Source: Nageia nagi
Taxonomy: Eukaryota; Plantae; Pinophyta
Length of the DNA stretch: 64,000 nt
Direction of reading: 5' to 3'
Assembly: GCA_050084985.1 (NCBI GenBank)
Contig: JBITNC010000001.1
Span: forward strand, 167,338,001-167,402,000
Part shown: positions 12,044 to 24,600 of the stretch, piece by piece
How the letters are laid out: every line of letters starts with the position of its first letter
Position numbering within the stretch: the first letter of the stretch is position 1
Program-made: the position numbers and the translations under genes
The notes under the pieces: generated by a model
Told to the model about the DNA's origin: nothing
The model's database searches: none
Seen by the model: only the letters and a program-made list of their open reading frames with translations

Positions 12044-15000
12044 TTTTTTTAAAGGGTAAATTTATTAATGGTTTTTTTATATAGGGACCCAAAAACTATT
12101 TTTACAAAATATCATTAGATATTTAGTATAATAGCCATATGTGACAAAAAAGACATTCCCATACTAACCAAATCATCTTTATACAATAGAAGCATGGGTA
12201 TCAAAAAAAATACAATCACCAAGATTTCCATCTAGATCTAGTACTCTTATAGGGAAATTTAAATTTAAGTCACTATTTTTTGCTAGTTGATACTTCAAAC
12301 ATGCTTAAGTCCAAGAATAACCATAACACATCCATTTCATCTTTTGTGAATTTATCTTGCTTTTGAACCAAAAAATAAAAGGGGATATCATATTTTGAAT
12401 TAGCTATGATGATTTTCCATTTCTTGCCTCCCATCTTTTGCATAGCATACAAATAATTGAAAAGGGATCTTGTAACCTTCATAATAGTTTTAACTACCAT
12501 CCACTACTTACTTTTTTTAAAATACACTTTCTTAAAAAAAATATAATTTACCTTTTTATCTTTTGCTTTGAGGGGTAATTTATACTATGAAACCCAACCA
12601 ACTCTGATCACTCCTCAATGTACAACTTGGTAGATTCCTCATACACAAAAGAAATCTATCATCTATTACTACTTTCACCTTTGAAGATCACCTCCTCCCA
12701 TTGAGAGGTAGATAAGTGTGTGAAATTGAGCCACTCCTAGGACCAAAGGACTCATAAGAGGACATGTTGATAAAAATAGGGATGAGGATGGTGGAGGGGA
12801 GGGAGAAAGAGAAGGTGGGGATTGAATAATTGAGAGGGTGATTCTCCAAAGGAGGAGTGTTCAAAGAAATTTTCCACAAGGGAGCAACCAATTTAGCACC
12901 TCTTATTACAAAATTGATTATAATTTTAATCAAAACCTTATGGATAAGAGTACAACCCCTATTTATCTTAATGTAGATATCAAGAGAATGAAACATAAAG
13001 TAAGGCAAGTTGACTAAAATCTACCTCAAAAATGAGATAATAAGACAAAGTGATAATCATTAATTTTTTTTGTACCAACCCTACAAGATGAATAATATGA
13101 TAAGTGAATTATCCACTTCATCCTAAGGATAGGTAATTGAATCAATGAGGTAGATAAACCTCCTTTTACTCAAAACTGGCTACCTAGGGTCTAGAAAGAT
13201 GCATACATCATCTAGGGAAGAAAAAATCTCTAAATAGTATATAAGACTAACATTTTGCATCCTCATATCCACATTAATGAGCCCTAAATTTATAAGAAAA
13301 CTAGGTTCCATCTACAATCACCCTCTTCTCATCTCAAGACTCATCAACTTGATGATACCACTCTTGGTTGTGATCATCCAAGGCTTCAACAAACCCCTTA
13401 ATACTTTCATTACACATGATTCCCCAAATGATTGGATTCTCTTTGAAAACATATCCATTTTCAAGCTTGAGCCTCTTCTACCCTATAATTATGATTGAGA
13501 AAATATAAATAGCCAAATGGAATGGAAATTTTCCATCTTTGTAGTAAACTTCCTCCACCAACTTGCATTTCCAATCATGTCCATCCACATGATCTTCCAA
13601 TTGATGATTCTTAATAATTAGATCCATGCCAACATTGTGATGGATTTGTGATATATTATTCCCCATACATTGCTCCATGCAAGTGATGTATTAAGTTTTT
13701 TCCCCATATGATACCATGATCAACACATCCTCCCTACTATTAGAGCTTTGATGAGGGGGATTCTGATTGAACACATCCCAATTTTCATTAATCATTAACA
13801 AAATATTATAGACCAATCTTTATGGTGTTATAGTTTTATCTTCAAACATTTGATTGTTTATTTCCTTCCATATTCTCCAAAGAATATGTGAAAGATAAAA
13901 GGACCACCATTTCTTTTTGGATCTATCAACCATGGTTGGCTGGCATTTGATAATGACTTTAGACACCAAGATGCATAACTCATAAATTTTATCACCTAGA
14001 ATTTCATTTAAAACATCCTTGGCATAGGGGTAGTGCATACATAAGTGATCCATAATTTCTTCAACATTTATGCACAAGGAACATTGATTTGGGAAAATCA
14101 TACCTTTTCTCCTCAAGTTATCAAGTGTTAGAATCTAGTTTAAAAAAAACAACTATAAGAATTAGAATACTTTAAGAGTTACTTCTTTGATGAAAATATT
14201 CTTTACATGGAAGGTTCCATCAGATGGAAAATTAAGAGAATCATAATCAAATTTGAATGAGTAATATCATTCCTTTCTAAGCTTTCAAATTGGTACATCA
14301 CTTATTCCATCATCAAGAAGAATTGAAATAAGTTTGAGCCTATCATTTATAACATTAACCACCAATTGGAGATTTTGATTAGGGTTTGTATTTATATCTA
14401 AGATATTTTCCCATTTTGATATTGAATATAGCTACAAATCATAAGATCAATGGATTTCATACCTGAACGAGCCAAATCCTTCATTCCTCCTTCTTGGAAA
14501 AGAGGTTGATTACTGACCCATTCATCATAATAAAAATGAATCAATTTTCCATCCCACATTCTCTAAGAAGAGTTATCCCAAAGCATTGTTTTGACTTTCA
14601 AAAAACCTTTCTAAAAGGAGTATCCACCCAAAATTAGGCCAATATTAAGGAAATTAGTATCAAGTTCCATATATTTTTCTTGGAAAATTTTAACCTAATT
14701 TCTATTTTCATTATAGCTAAGCTTCCAAGCCAATTTACCTTTGAAAGATATATCAAATTGTTTAATATTTTAAAGACCCAAATTGTAATCCTTTTTTGGT
14801 TTACATCATTTTTTCCAATTGAAATATTATCATTATTTTCTTGTCCTCCATACTAATCTGAAGAAATTTATTACAAATTTGATCAATTTTATGATAAAGT
14901 CAAATAGGAATTTGAAAAACTAATGCACAATAGATCAAGACACTTTGTAAGAATATTTTCACCAAGAGGCACTTACTAGGAAGACTCAAAGTAAACCTTT

Positions 15001-15965
15001 TCCATTTGGAAATTTTCTTTTTAAATCTCTCTAATATATTTAACCATAAGAGTTTTTATGATGAACCAATGATTATTGGAATTCCAAGATAAATATTTGG
15101 GAGGTATTCAATATGACAATTAAAAATTCTATAATTCTTCTCTATCTAGTTATTAGACTATGAGTAAAAAATAACTTAATTTTTTCAAAGTTAATTTTTT
15201 TTTAAAATGCACCTTCATAATCTTTAATACTTTTTAAAAAGTTTCTAGCTTCCACCATATATGCCTTTCCCATAATAATTGTGTCATCGAAAAATTGACT
15301 ATGGGTGATTGTAGTAGGGGCTAAGGATGGGATAAGTCCCTTGATCTTTTTTATGGATTTTTAGTTTCCAAATCTTCTACCAAGCACTTTGACCATAATG
15401 ATAAATATATATGGGTAGATAGGGTCACCTTGCTCATATCTAAGTTTTAAAAGAAGCTAGATGCTTCCCCATTAATTAACAAAAAAAGGATGTTGTAGAC
15501 ACACATAGTTGGATCTAAGACCTCCAAATTGGGGAGAAGCCATATTTTATATAAAATTTATCCAATAATTCCTAGTTTACACGATCATAGGATTTTTGCA
15601 TATCCAATTTTAGGAAAGAAAACATCTTCAATACTAGTCTATAATAAGTGGAGAACCTCATGGAACTTAATAATACCATTAACAATTTTTTTCCCTTGCA
15701 TAAAACCATCTTGCTTAGAAGATATGACTTTGTGTAAAAGTATTTTGAGTCTATTAGTAAGAATTTTAGCAATAATTATGTAAACAACATTGCAAAAGCT
15801 AATTGGATGAATGTTTTGAACTCCTTCTCGTCACTAATCTTAGGGATAAACACCATAAATATAACATTTCAAGATTTAAGGATTTGGATAACATATGCAA
15901 GTCATGAACAACCAGGAACACATCCTTCCCCATCCAAGATTATAAAATTTCTTCTACAAAATTAA
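12044..15965 (-). mobile_element. 5'-truncated, degenerate L1-type LINE (RT, zf-RVT, partial RNase H, extra 3' ORF, A-tail)
   Basis: FIPK..PISFCNVVYIIIAKILTNRLK, KLDMQKSYDRVN, QGDPIYPYIFIIMV, THSQFFDDTII and CSLCINVEEIMDHL (13820-14116). RNase H start at ~13600-13750. A-run at 12044-12050 on the minus strand. Confidence 0.92.
12273..13486 (-). pseudogene. Extra ORF (ORF3-like) downstream of LINE ORF2, plant-transposon accessory-type domain
   Basis: Broken reading gives IG*KRLKLE..PIIWGIM..GFVEALDDHN..GVIVDGT..YP*DEV..YHFVLLSHF..VNLPYFMFHSL..LIHKVLIKII, then a low-complexity tail. The same motif order recurs at 36780-37354. Confidence 0.65.
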
Positions 15966-16185
15966 ATTCTTCCCCATAATGTGTCAAAACTAAGGCCTAC
16001 TCCTTAGTAACCATATTTCTAATTCATATATTTTGCAACAAATATATTCATGAGCACACTATACCAAAAAAGACCTATTATGAAAATATTTTTATGATGA
16101 TATTTTACAACTTATAATCTTCATAAAATACTATATTACAATGATTTAAAATCATCATCAAAATTTTATCAAGGTTAAAAAAGTA

Positions 16186-16313
16186 TAAAGGAACTTACAA
16201 ATATATTTAATGGTGGTCAAGTATTCATGCACTTGTAACATCAAAAGAAATCCACCAACCTCTATTGGTGCATGTGAAGAATTCAATCCCAATGACATGT
16301 GAACAAAAATTAT
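16186..16313 (+). repeat. Left arm of a dispersed inverted repeat (partner 34632-34750)
   Basis: TAAAGGAAC..ATATATTTAATGGTGGTCAAGTATTCATG..AACATCAAA..ATCCCAATGA aligns with the reverse complement of 34632-34750. Confidence 0.7.
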
Positions 16314-16429
16314 GCATTTGTAATATTACCCGAGCTTGTAAAAACCCTTGAAAATACCCTATTATAGATAAACTATGGTCACATGGGTCTAAATGAGGTT
16401 GAGCTGGTATATAATTTGAAAGGATGATG

Positions 16430-17489
16430 AGAATAGATGAATTCATTAGGTTGGATACCACTTCTATTTCATTTTATTTTGTATAGAATCATGAATTATT
16501 TATGGTTAAGGTTTATGAATTCTAAAGGCACCAAGAAAATAAGTTCATACTACAAAATTAGGCTATATTTGAATGCTATTTATAGTATTTTTCTTTATCT
16601 ATACAATAAAAATAATCAAGAAGGTCAACCATACATATATAACATTTCATTATAGGTGTAATACAATAATAACCATTCATGAATTTGAAGTATTGATAGC
16701 CCTCTATGACTAGAAATGTATGGATACATGCATTATCTTCATTGAAAAATGTAACATCATCTAGATTAATGTCCACATATTCCATTTATCTAATATTTTG
16801 ATAGCTTTGTTGCTATAACCATTCCATACATACCTTGTAATATTGCAGTGTATAAAATTATTTGCTCATAACATATCTTATCAAGTCCTTGCTATCTTAA
16901 TACCCCCATAGTTCACTAAACCTACATGGATACATGTAAATAAAATACTAATAAATGTGATATGGTGTAGACTCAAGAATGAGTATTCTATTTCTTCAAA
17001 TAATTTGATGGATTACTTTCTATAACCATTCCTTGCATATCCTAGATTCATTGTAATACATGAAATCATTTATTTATAAGACATTATGTTAAACCATTCA
17101 ATTTATAAAGAACATTTGAGTATTTGGTAATTTCCTTTCTATAAAAAGATTCTTTGCAAAATGGTGTACAAGAATTCATAAGGTTTTTTACCACTTCCAC
17201 TTCATTGTATTTTGGATTAGGGTTTATGATGCACCTTGTTAAGGTAATAAATTTTTATTTGACCATCAAATCATCCTCAAAATTTATAACAAGTAGGAGG
17301 ATAAATTTGTGATATCATGAAAATTACTTTCTATGATATCTCAAACTCATCCTCCAATTGCCTATAAAATTTGAGAATGATCTAATAGTCAAATCCAAAG
17401 TTATGGTCCCAATAAGGTGCATGAATTTATGAATTCTATAAGTATGAAGAAAACATGTCCATGCTGAAGGTTTTATTGAAATGTTATTT
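16430..17489 (-). pseudogene. PLS-class PPR gene fragments (P2-L2-S2 and E-domain-like)
   Basis: ORF 16576-16785 DDVTF..ACIHTFLVIEGYQYFKFM..YCITP..YICMVDLL. A second copy at 16920-17100 reads GYARNGY..SIKLFEE..ITFISILFTCIHVGLV. ORF 17324-17533 IKPSAWTCFLHTYRIH matches the E1 motif. Confidence 0.85.
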
Positions 17490-18675
17490 TGTGACACCTC
17501 CCTTGCATTATTGTACTTAATTCTAGAATCCAATGGATTCCACCTTTGTATTATATTTAATTATTTAATGTTGCTTTAAGTTAGTACTTGGGATAGTAGT
17601 CTTAATGGGTCATTGGACCCCATTGTGAGCCCCAAGGGGGATGTCTCCCTCCCAAATGTAGATTAGAGTGTTTTAATGTACTTGGAGATCCCAATACATG
17701 ATTGTGGGAATCCCAAGGTCTATCTAGCATTTAATGGATGGATGAGCACTTAATGGATCCAACATTAAGATTAGTAGCACTTGTACACATGCACTAGAGA
17801 TTTCTATACCCTCACATTGTCCCATGACACCCACATTTCCTCCTAGATGTCCATGCATGCCTCCTAGATCCATGCATACATTTTGGACCCCAATGGGGAA
17901 AGAGGGAGGCTTAGATACCTACATTGGGCCTACATTGGCTCCTAAGTGCTAATATTTGGATATGGGGGGATTGGATGATTATATTGAGGTGAGATCTAGA
18001 TATAGGAAATCTATATTAGCCCTTGGAATCTTATTATTAGATATACATAATTATTATGATCACTCATACTATCTAGAGGATATAAAACTTAGTGCAATGC
18101 TAAGCAAGATCCTTAGGTGTGAAATTGAGGAGGATTAGGAGGCTAAGAGATCTTATTAATCTATAGCTTTGGTGTAGCATTCTAGCCCATTTGATGGTAT
18201 TTAGAGGTTGAGCTTCTACCTTCAATGGTTTTTAGGGTTTGAGGAGGGTTCCTTCAATGGAGAGGATTCAAATTCTAAGGGAGCAAGATTATCCTGCACA
18301 TTACTAGTCTATTTAGCAATGAGAGACACACATTATGCCCTAGTTGGATCCGTGGAGGCTAACATCTAGCTCTAGGGTATTGATATTGCATCATTGATCA
18401 TTATTTATCTTCTATATAGCTATTAGGCATTTAGATCTTAGTATTTGTCTGATGTATGCTTTCATATTACAATCTTGTGATGTGTTTCCTATTTCATACA
18501 TACTGTAGCTAGATGTTGGTATTATGAGGTTATAATTACTTATATCTTGCACTCTAACCCTAATGTTGGAAAATTTAGGTATTGAGTACATGTTCATGCC
18601 CTTCTAAGCTAGGTGTGGGTGTTGGCTTGAAGGAATTTGCTTATTTTTTTGAGAAATTGCATTAGTATTTTTACA
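17490..18675 (+). repeat. 5' LTR of host gypsy element
   Basis: Colinear with 31626-32531, has TG...CA ends and is followed by the PBS. Confidence 0.88.
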
Positions 18676-19164
18676 GTGGTATAAGAGCTTGGATCTATTC
18701 AACTTGTAAATGATATTGGTCACTATTAGAAAGAAGATGGAATCCAGAAGGAAGAGCAAAAAGTCACAACATGAAGAGACCCCTTCTAGGGCTTCCCAAG
18801 AAGAGGATCATTAATCATGGATGAATGAAGTTCCAAATGAGGGTGATTATAGTGAGGAGAATGAGGTGCCAAGAGGAGAAATGTATCATCTATGAGGAGA
18901 AGCCCTATGTCAAATCAAGAATCCACACCTAATAGGTAATTCAATGAGCTCATGTTGACCATTTACAACATGATGGGAGCTATCATGACCATGCAAAAGT
19001 AGATGAACACCATACATAAATAAGCTAGAGATTAATAAGAGCCAAAGAGGCATATTAGTTCCCCCACATTCTATCCAAGATGAAGAAAAGGAGCTATGAG
19101 AGGATGATAGAAAATATCAGGAGATGAGTATGAGGAGATACCATAATTTGAGAGATTAAGAGTC

Positions 19165-21448
19165 TGTTGTTCTTCGAGTGACACTGAGAGGGGGGGGGTG
19201 AATCAGTGTATATAAAAATTATCACTATCCAATCTTCTTTAATAATGACAAATTAAAAGCTGGAGAAAATGAGCAAGCACACCAGTACATCACACAACAC
19301 CAGATGTAACGAGGTTCACCAGTTTGGCTACATCCCCGAAAATGACTGCTTGGACACCAATCCAAATCCAGCCATTAAAGAAAGCTTACAGATTCACAGC
19401 ACCAACTGTGAAGGGTAGCACCAACTACCACTTTGAGAATAGCAGCACCTACTGCTTGGAGCACCAACTCCAGCTCTCAAATCCACTCCAGCTCTCAAAT
19501 CCACAGCACCAACTGTGAAGGGTAGCACCAACTACCACTTTAGAATTAGCAGCACCAACTGCTTGGAGCACCAACTCCAGCTATCAAGCACCAACTTGAT
19601 AGAACATTCAAATGGAGAAAAGATTCTGTTCTAGAAGACCCTCAATGGTCTAGCTCTAATGCTCACTTCATACACTTCGGATATTTCACTTTACACACAG
19701 CACTTGCTTTCACTCACTTCTCTGCTCACCACATTCGTGCGATTACCTGCATTTTCATGCTTTACTTTTCGCACTTCTTTTCACACACTCTGCACACACT
19801 TCGCACACACTTCACTCCCTTCTCTTCTCATCACATACTCCACACACACTTTGCCTCAATTCACCCTTTTCATCCCACACCTTTTACACCTAGAAACCAA
19901 CTCTTATATCTGCATGTCCCACTACTTGCTTCACTTATTCCTTTAGCTGTAAACTCTCAGCTACTACACTCTCCTCGAGCTGTGTACTCATTACTCCCTG
20001 TCTCCTCGAGCTGTGCAATCTCAACTGCCGCTTTTCTCGAGCTGTGCACTCATAACTTCCTTTCTCCTCGAACTGTGCAATCATAACTTGCATTGTCCTC
20101 CAGCTGTGCAATCACAGCTACTTCTCTCCTCGAGTTGTGCACTCATTACTTCTTGCCATGTCCACACTGTTCACATTGCAGCTCTCTGCTCCTTTTCTTA
20201 CATCCGTTTTTCACATTATTCCTGTACTTAACCGTTACGCATCAATAACACTCCAGGAAACTGTTCCTACCATTATACGTTATCAACAGAATCCTTGTTT
20301 GTAACTGACGAACACTTTCATTTCTCAAACAGAGTTGTTTAGACAGGTATACTTCTTTCTCCATGGATTTCAGCTAATTCCGGACTCTTTTATTCTTCAT
20401 TATGGTATTTCTTACGATTCCGGACTCTTCTCTCCTTCATAATGGTATTTCTGATTATTCCGGACTCTTTCCTAGCTTACCGGATGTTTTCTGTATACAT
20501 CGTGATGTCATCATCCTCCGGACTCCGGAAATAGAGTATAACGCTTTTCGCATGACGTCATCATTTCTGGACTTTTATCTTCAGACGTGTATCTCCGGAT
20601 TTTTATCTCCGGACGTTTATCTCCGGATCTTGACCTCCGGACTTTTGTCTCCGGACCTTTATCTTCGGACCTTTATCTCCGGACCTTTGAACACTTGCAC
20701 CATGATGTCATCACTTCCGGACTCCGGAAACAGAGTATAACTCTTTCCTTATGATGTCATCATTTCCGGACTTTTATCTTCAGACGTGTATCTCCGGATT
20801 TTTATCTCCGGACGTTTATCTCCGGATCTTGACCTCCGGACTTTTGTCTCCGGACCTTTATCTCCGGACCTTTATCTCCGGACCTTTGAACACTTGCACC
20901 ATGATGTCATCATTTCCGGACTTTTACCTCCGGACTCTTTTATCACTCTTTGCTGACCTCATTTCTTCCGGACGCCGGTTGTATTCACAAATGTGAGCAT
21001 CGTTCTCCTGGTGACGTCATCTTTTGCTTCCGGAATGTTTTCCTCTCTGGCTCCGGCTCTTTGATCATTCCTTGCTGACCTCATCACTTCCGGATCCCGG
21101 TTCTAAGTGAAAGCCCGAAATCGCTGACGTCATCTCGGTCAATCCTCCGGAACCCGACCAATCACACTTCTCTTCCGGAACTTAGTCAAACTTCCAGAAC
21201 CCGATCACTCTTTACTTCCGGAACACAGTTAAACCTCCGGAACCCGATCAAATAGTCTCTCTTCACTTCCGGAACTTAGTCAAACTTCCAGAACCCGATC
21301 ACTCTTTACTTCCGGAACACAGTTAAACCTCCGGAACCCGATCAAATAGTCTCTCTTCACTTCCGGAACTTAGTTAATCCTCCGGAACCCGATCAATACC
21401 TTGTTGACAACAATTACAATCATACTTCTCTATCACACATACTCAACA
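19165..21448 (-). repeat. 3' LTR of intact copia (2284 bp)
   Basis: Matches 26801-29084 at constant offset 7636. Only three mismatches seen by eye. Confidence 0.99.
20380..21395. promoter_or_regulatory. U3 repeat region rich in TCCGGA and TGACGTCA palindromes (also 28016-29031)
   Basis: Dozens of TCCGGA, a ~199-bp unit duplicated (20503-20930), a 94-bp unit repeated (21172-21395), and TGACGTCA at ~20553, 21012 and 21125. A regulatory role is inferred from its position in U3. Confidence 0.7.
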
Positions 21449-21450
21449 AT

Positions 21451-21637
21451 CTCCCCCTTTGGAATTGTTGGCAACACCATTAACACCACTTGATCAGATA
21501 CCAAATTCAGGACACTTCTCCCCCTTTGTCAACAATAACAAAGGGCATTTACAGACTCCCCCTGAGTCCATACACGACATTCTCAGGAAACTAGGAGTAG
21601 ACACAGAATATAGGAAAGAAAAATAAGTACTCCCCCT
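21451..21637 (-). other. Four AGGGGGAG polypurine-tract octamers
   Basis: CTCCCCCT on the plus strand at 21451, 21518, 21556 and 21630. The proximal copy is separated from the LTR by 2 nt. Confidence 0.95.
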
Positions 21638-21660
21638 GAGAAGGCAACGTTCAGAGCTAG

Positions 21661-24600
21661 CTAATGCTTGGGCAAGATAACAACTCCTAGCTTGGTTCGA
21701 AGATATTCGAAGACGTCCTTGGACAAAGGCTTCGTAAAAATGTCGGCTACTTGCTCTGTAGTTGGGACAAAATCTAACTGTACTTCTCCTTGCGCCACTT
21801 TTTCTTTGAGAAAGTGATATCTGATTGCAATATGCTTTGTGCGTGAGTGCATAACGGGATTTTTGGAAATATTGATTGCACTTTTGTTATCACACCGAAT
21901 TATTATGGGCTCATTAATCTGTATACCAAAATCGTTGAGCATCTGCTTCATCCATAGAAGCTGTGTGCAGCAAGAAGTAGCTGCTATATACTCTGCTTCT
22001 GCTGTAGATAGGGATACAGAGTCTTGCTTTTTACTGTGCCAGCTGACAAGATTATTACCCAAATAAAATGCTCCTCCGCTGGTGCTCTTCCTATCATCCA
22101 CGCATCCTGCCCAGTCTGCATCTGAAAAAGCAGTAAGTGTAAAGTTCTTTCCTCTGGGATACCATAAGCCATATTCTACTGTTCCTTTGAGGTATCTGAA
22201 AATTCTCTTTACTGCAGTAACATGGGTCTCTTTGGGATTTTCTTGAAATCGAGCAACCATACATACAGCTTGAAGAATGTCTGGTCTAGTAGCTGTCAAA
22301 TATAACAAACTTCCTATCATAGACCTGTACTGTGTTTGATCTACTGTTGGTGCTTTGTCATTCTTGCTTAATTTGCAGCCTGTTGTCATAGGAGTGCTCA
22401 CAGGCTTACAGTCTTCCATAGTGAACTTCTTCAGCATCTCCTTAACATATTTGGTTTGAGAAATGAACATGCCATTCTTCAACTGATTGATTTGCAGGCC
22501 AAGAAAGAATGCAAGCTCACCTATCATGGACATTTCAAATTCTGTTTGCATGTTGTCAGCAAGATTTTTACACAGCTCATTCTTGCTTCCTCCAAAAATT
22601 ATATCATCCACATAGACAACAACTATTAGCTGATTTCCTTTATCTGATTTAATGTATAAATTGCTGTCTACCCTTCCTTTTCTAAAGCCCTGCTGCTGAA
22701 GGTATGCATCAAGTCTGGAGTACCATGCTCGGGGTGCCTGTTTCAAACCATACAGAGCCTTCTTTAGCTTGCATACCAGATTAGGATTCTCTCCCAATTG
22801 GAAACCATCTGGCTGTTCAACATAGACTTCTTCTTCAATTTTGCCATTTAGAAAGGCTGATTTTACATCCATTTGATACACTGTAAAGTTTTTATACACT
22901 GCAAAGGCTAAAAACATGCGAATGGCTTCTAATCTGGCCACTGGTGCAAAGGTTTCTTCAAAATCAATCCCTTCAACTTGAGCATATCCCTTGCAAACAA
23001 GTCTAGCTTTATTTCGAACCACTTTCCCTTCTTCATTTATCTTATTACGAAAGACCCACTTTGTGCCAATCACATTCTTGTTGGCTGGTCTGGGAACGAG
23101 TTCCCATGTTTCATTCTTTTCAATCTGAGTGAGTTCTTCCTCCATTGCTCTCATCCAACTTTCATCTTGGCTGGCTTCTGAGACATTCTTGGGCTCTATG
23201 CTGGACAGAAGAGAGTAGGTGTGTGAGACCCCTCTGCGAGTTTGAATGCCTGTCTGAAACTCACCGATAATTTGTTCTTGTGGATGATCCTTGTGCCATC
23301 TCTTTGGTGGAGTTTTTGAATGTTCATCTTCTTCCGCCTCATTCTCTGAATCATTATCTGGGTTACTTGGCGGATTTGAGTCTTCTGGTTTCTTTCCTTG
23401 TAATTGCTGTACGGCAGGCTTAGATTTGTTTTTCTTCGGCTGATCTTCTTCAATTGGATCTTGATAATCAGGAAGATTTTCATCATCATTTCTCTTAGGA
23501 AGATTTCTTTGCTCATCAACACGAACATCAGCACTATCAACAATTGTTTTTGTCCTTTTATTGTAGCACCTGTACGCTTTGCTCTTCGAAGAATAGCCAA
23601 GAAAGATACCTTCGTCTGATCTGTCCTCAAACTTTCCTAAGTTTTCTTCTGTTCTTTTGATGTAGCATTTACTGCCAAAGATCCTGAAATGCTTTACTGT
23701 AGCTCTTCTTCCAAACCATAATTCATATGGTGTTCTGTCCTCATGTGGTCGCATCATACATCTATTTTGAATATGTACTGCAGTATGCACTGCTTCTTTC
23801 CAAAACTTATCAGCGACCTTGCTTTCTATCAACATGGTTCGAGCCATTTCTTGTACAGTTCTATTTTTCCTTTCAACTACTCCATTTTGTTGTGGAGTTC
23901 TGGCTGCAGAGAATTGCCTTTTTATTCCATGTCGTATGCAAAACTCATTAAACTCATCAGAGGTGAACTCACCTCCCCTGTCTGAGCGAAGACACTTAAT
24001 TTTCCTTTCCATTTGATTTTCTACTTGGTTTTTAAATGCTTTGAACATTTCAAAAGCTTCAGATTTATGTTTCAAGAATTGCACCCAAGTCATTCTTGAA
24101 TAATCATCAATGAATAGAATAAAATACTTATCTCCATTGAAGCTTTGTGTTCTCATTGGTCCACATAAGTCAGTGTGAACAATCTCCAATGGTTTTCTTG
24201 TGTGATACTCTTTTACTTTGAACTTTGTCCGTGTTTGTTTTCCCTTTTGGCATGAATCACAGATATCATTTACTGGTGTGCTAATACGGGGCATATCTCT
24301 TACCGCTCTTTTGGAGCAAATATTCATCAAGTTTTTAAAACAGATGTGTCCCAATCTCTTATGCCATAACCAATCATCACTCTCTTTGCCTAATAGACAT
24401 GATCCTTCAGATACATCTGATAAGGTGTATAGATTCCCGCTGGTTCTTGTACCGACTGCTATCAGTCTACCACTGTTTGCCCTTCGGATCTCACAACCAT
24501 GGCTTTTGAAAATAACATCATGTCCTTTATCGCATATTTGACTGACGCTTAACAAGTTGTGCCTCAGTCCCACAACAAACAGTACTTCTTCAGATCTGAT

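Noticed and set aside
19324-20996. Duplicated plus-strand ORFs in the LTRs (e.g. 19324-19518, 20402-20740, 20751-20996 and copies at +7636)
   Set aside because: They are antisense to the element and are by-products of low-complexity tandem repeats. Their identity reflects LTR duplication, not protein conservation.
21449-21660. Possible env-like ORF expected for a Sirevirus
   Set aside because: Only ~210 bp lie between the pol stop and the LTR, occupied by PPT motifs.
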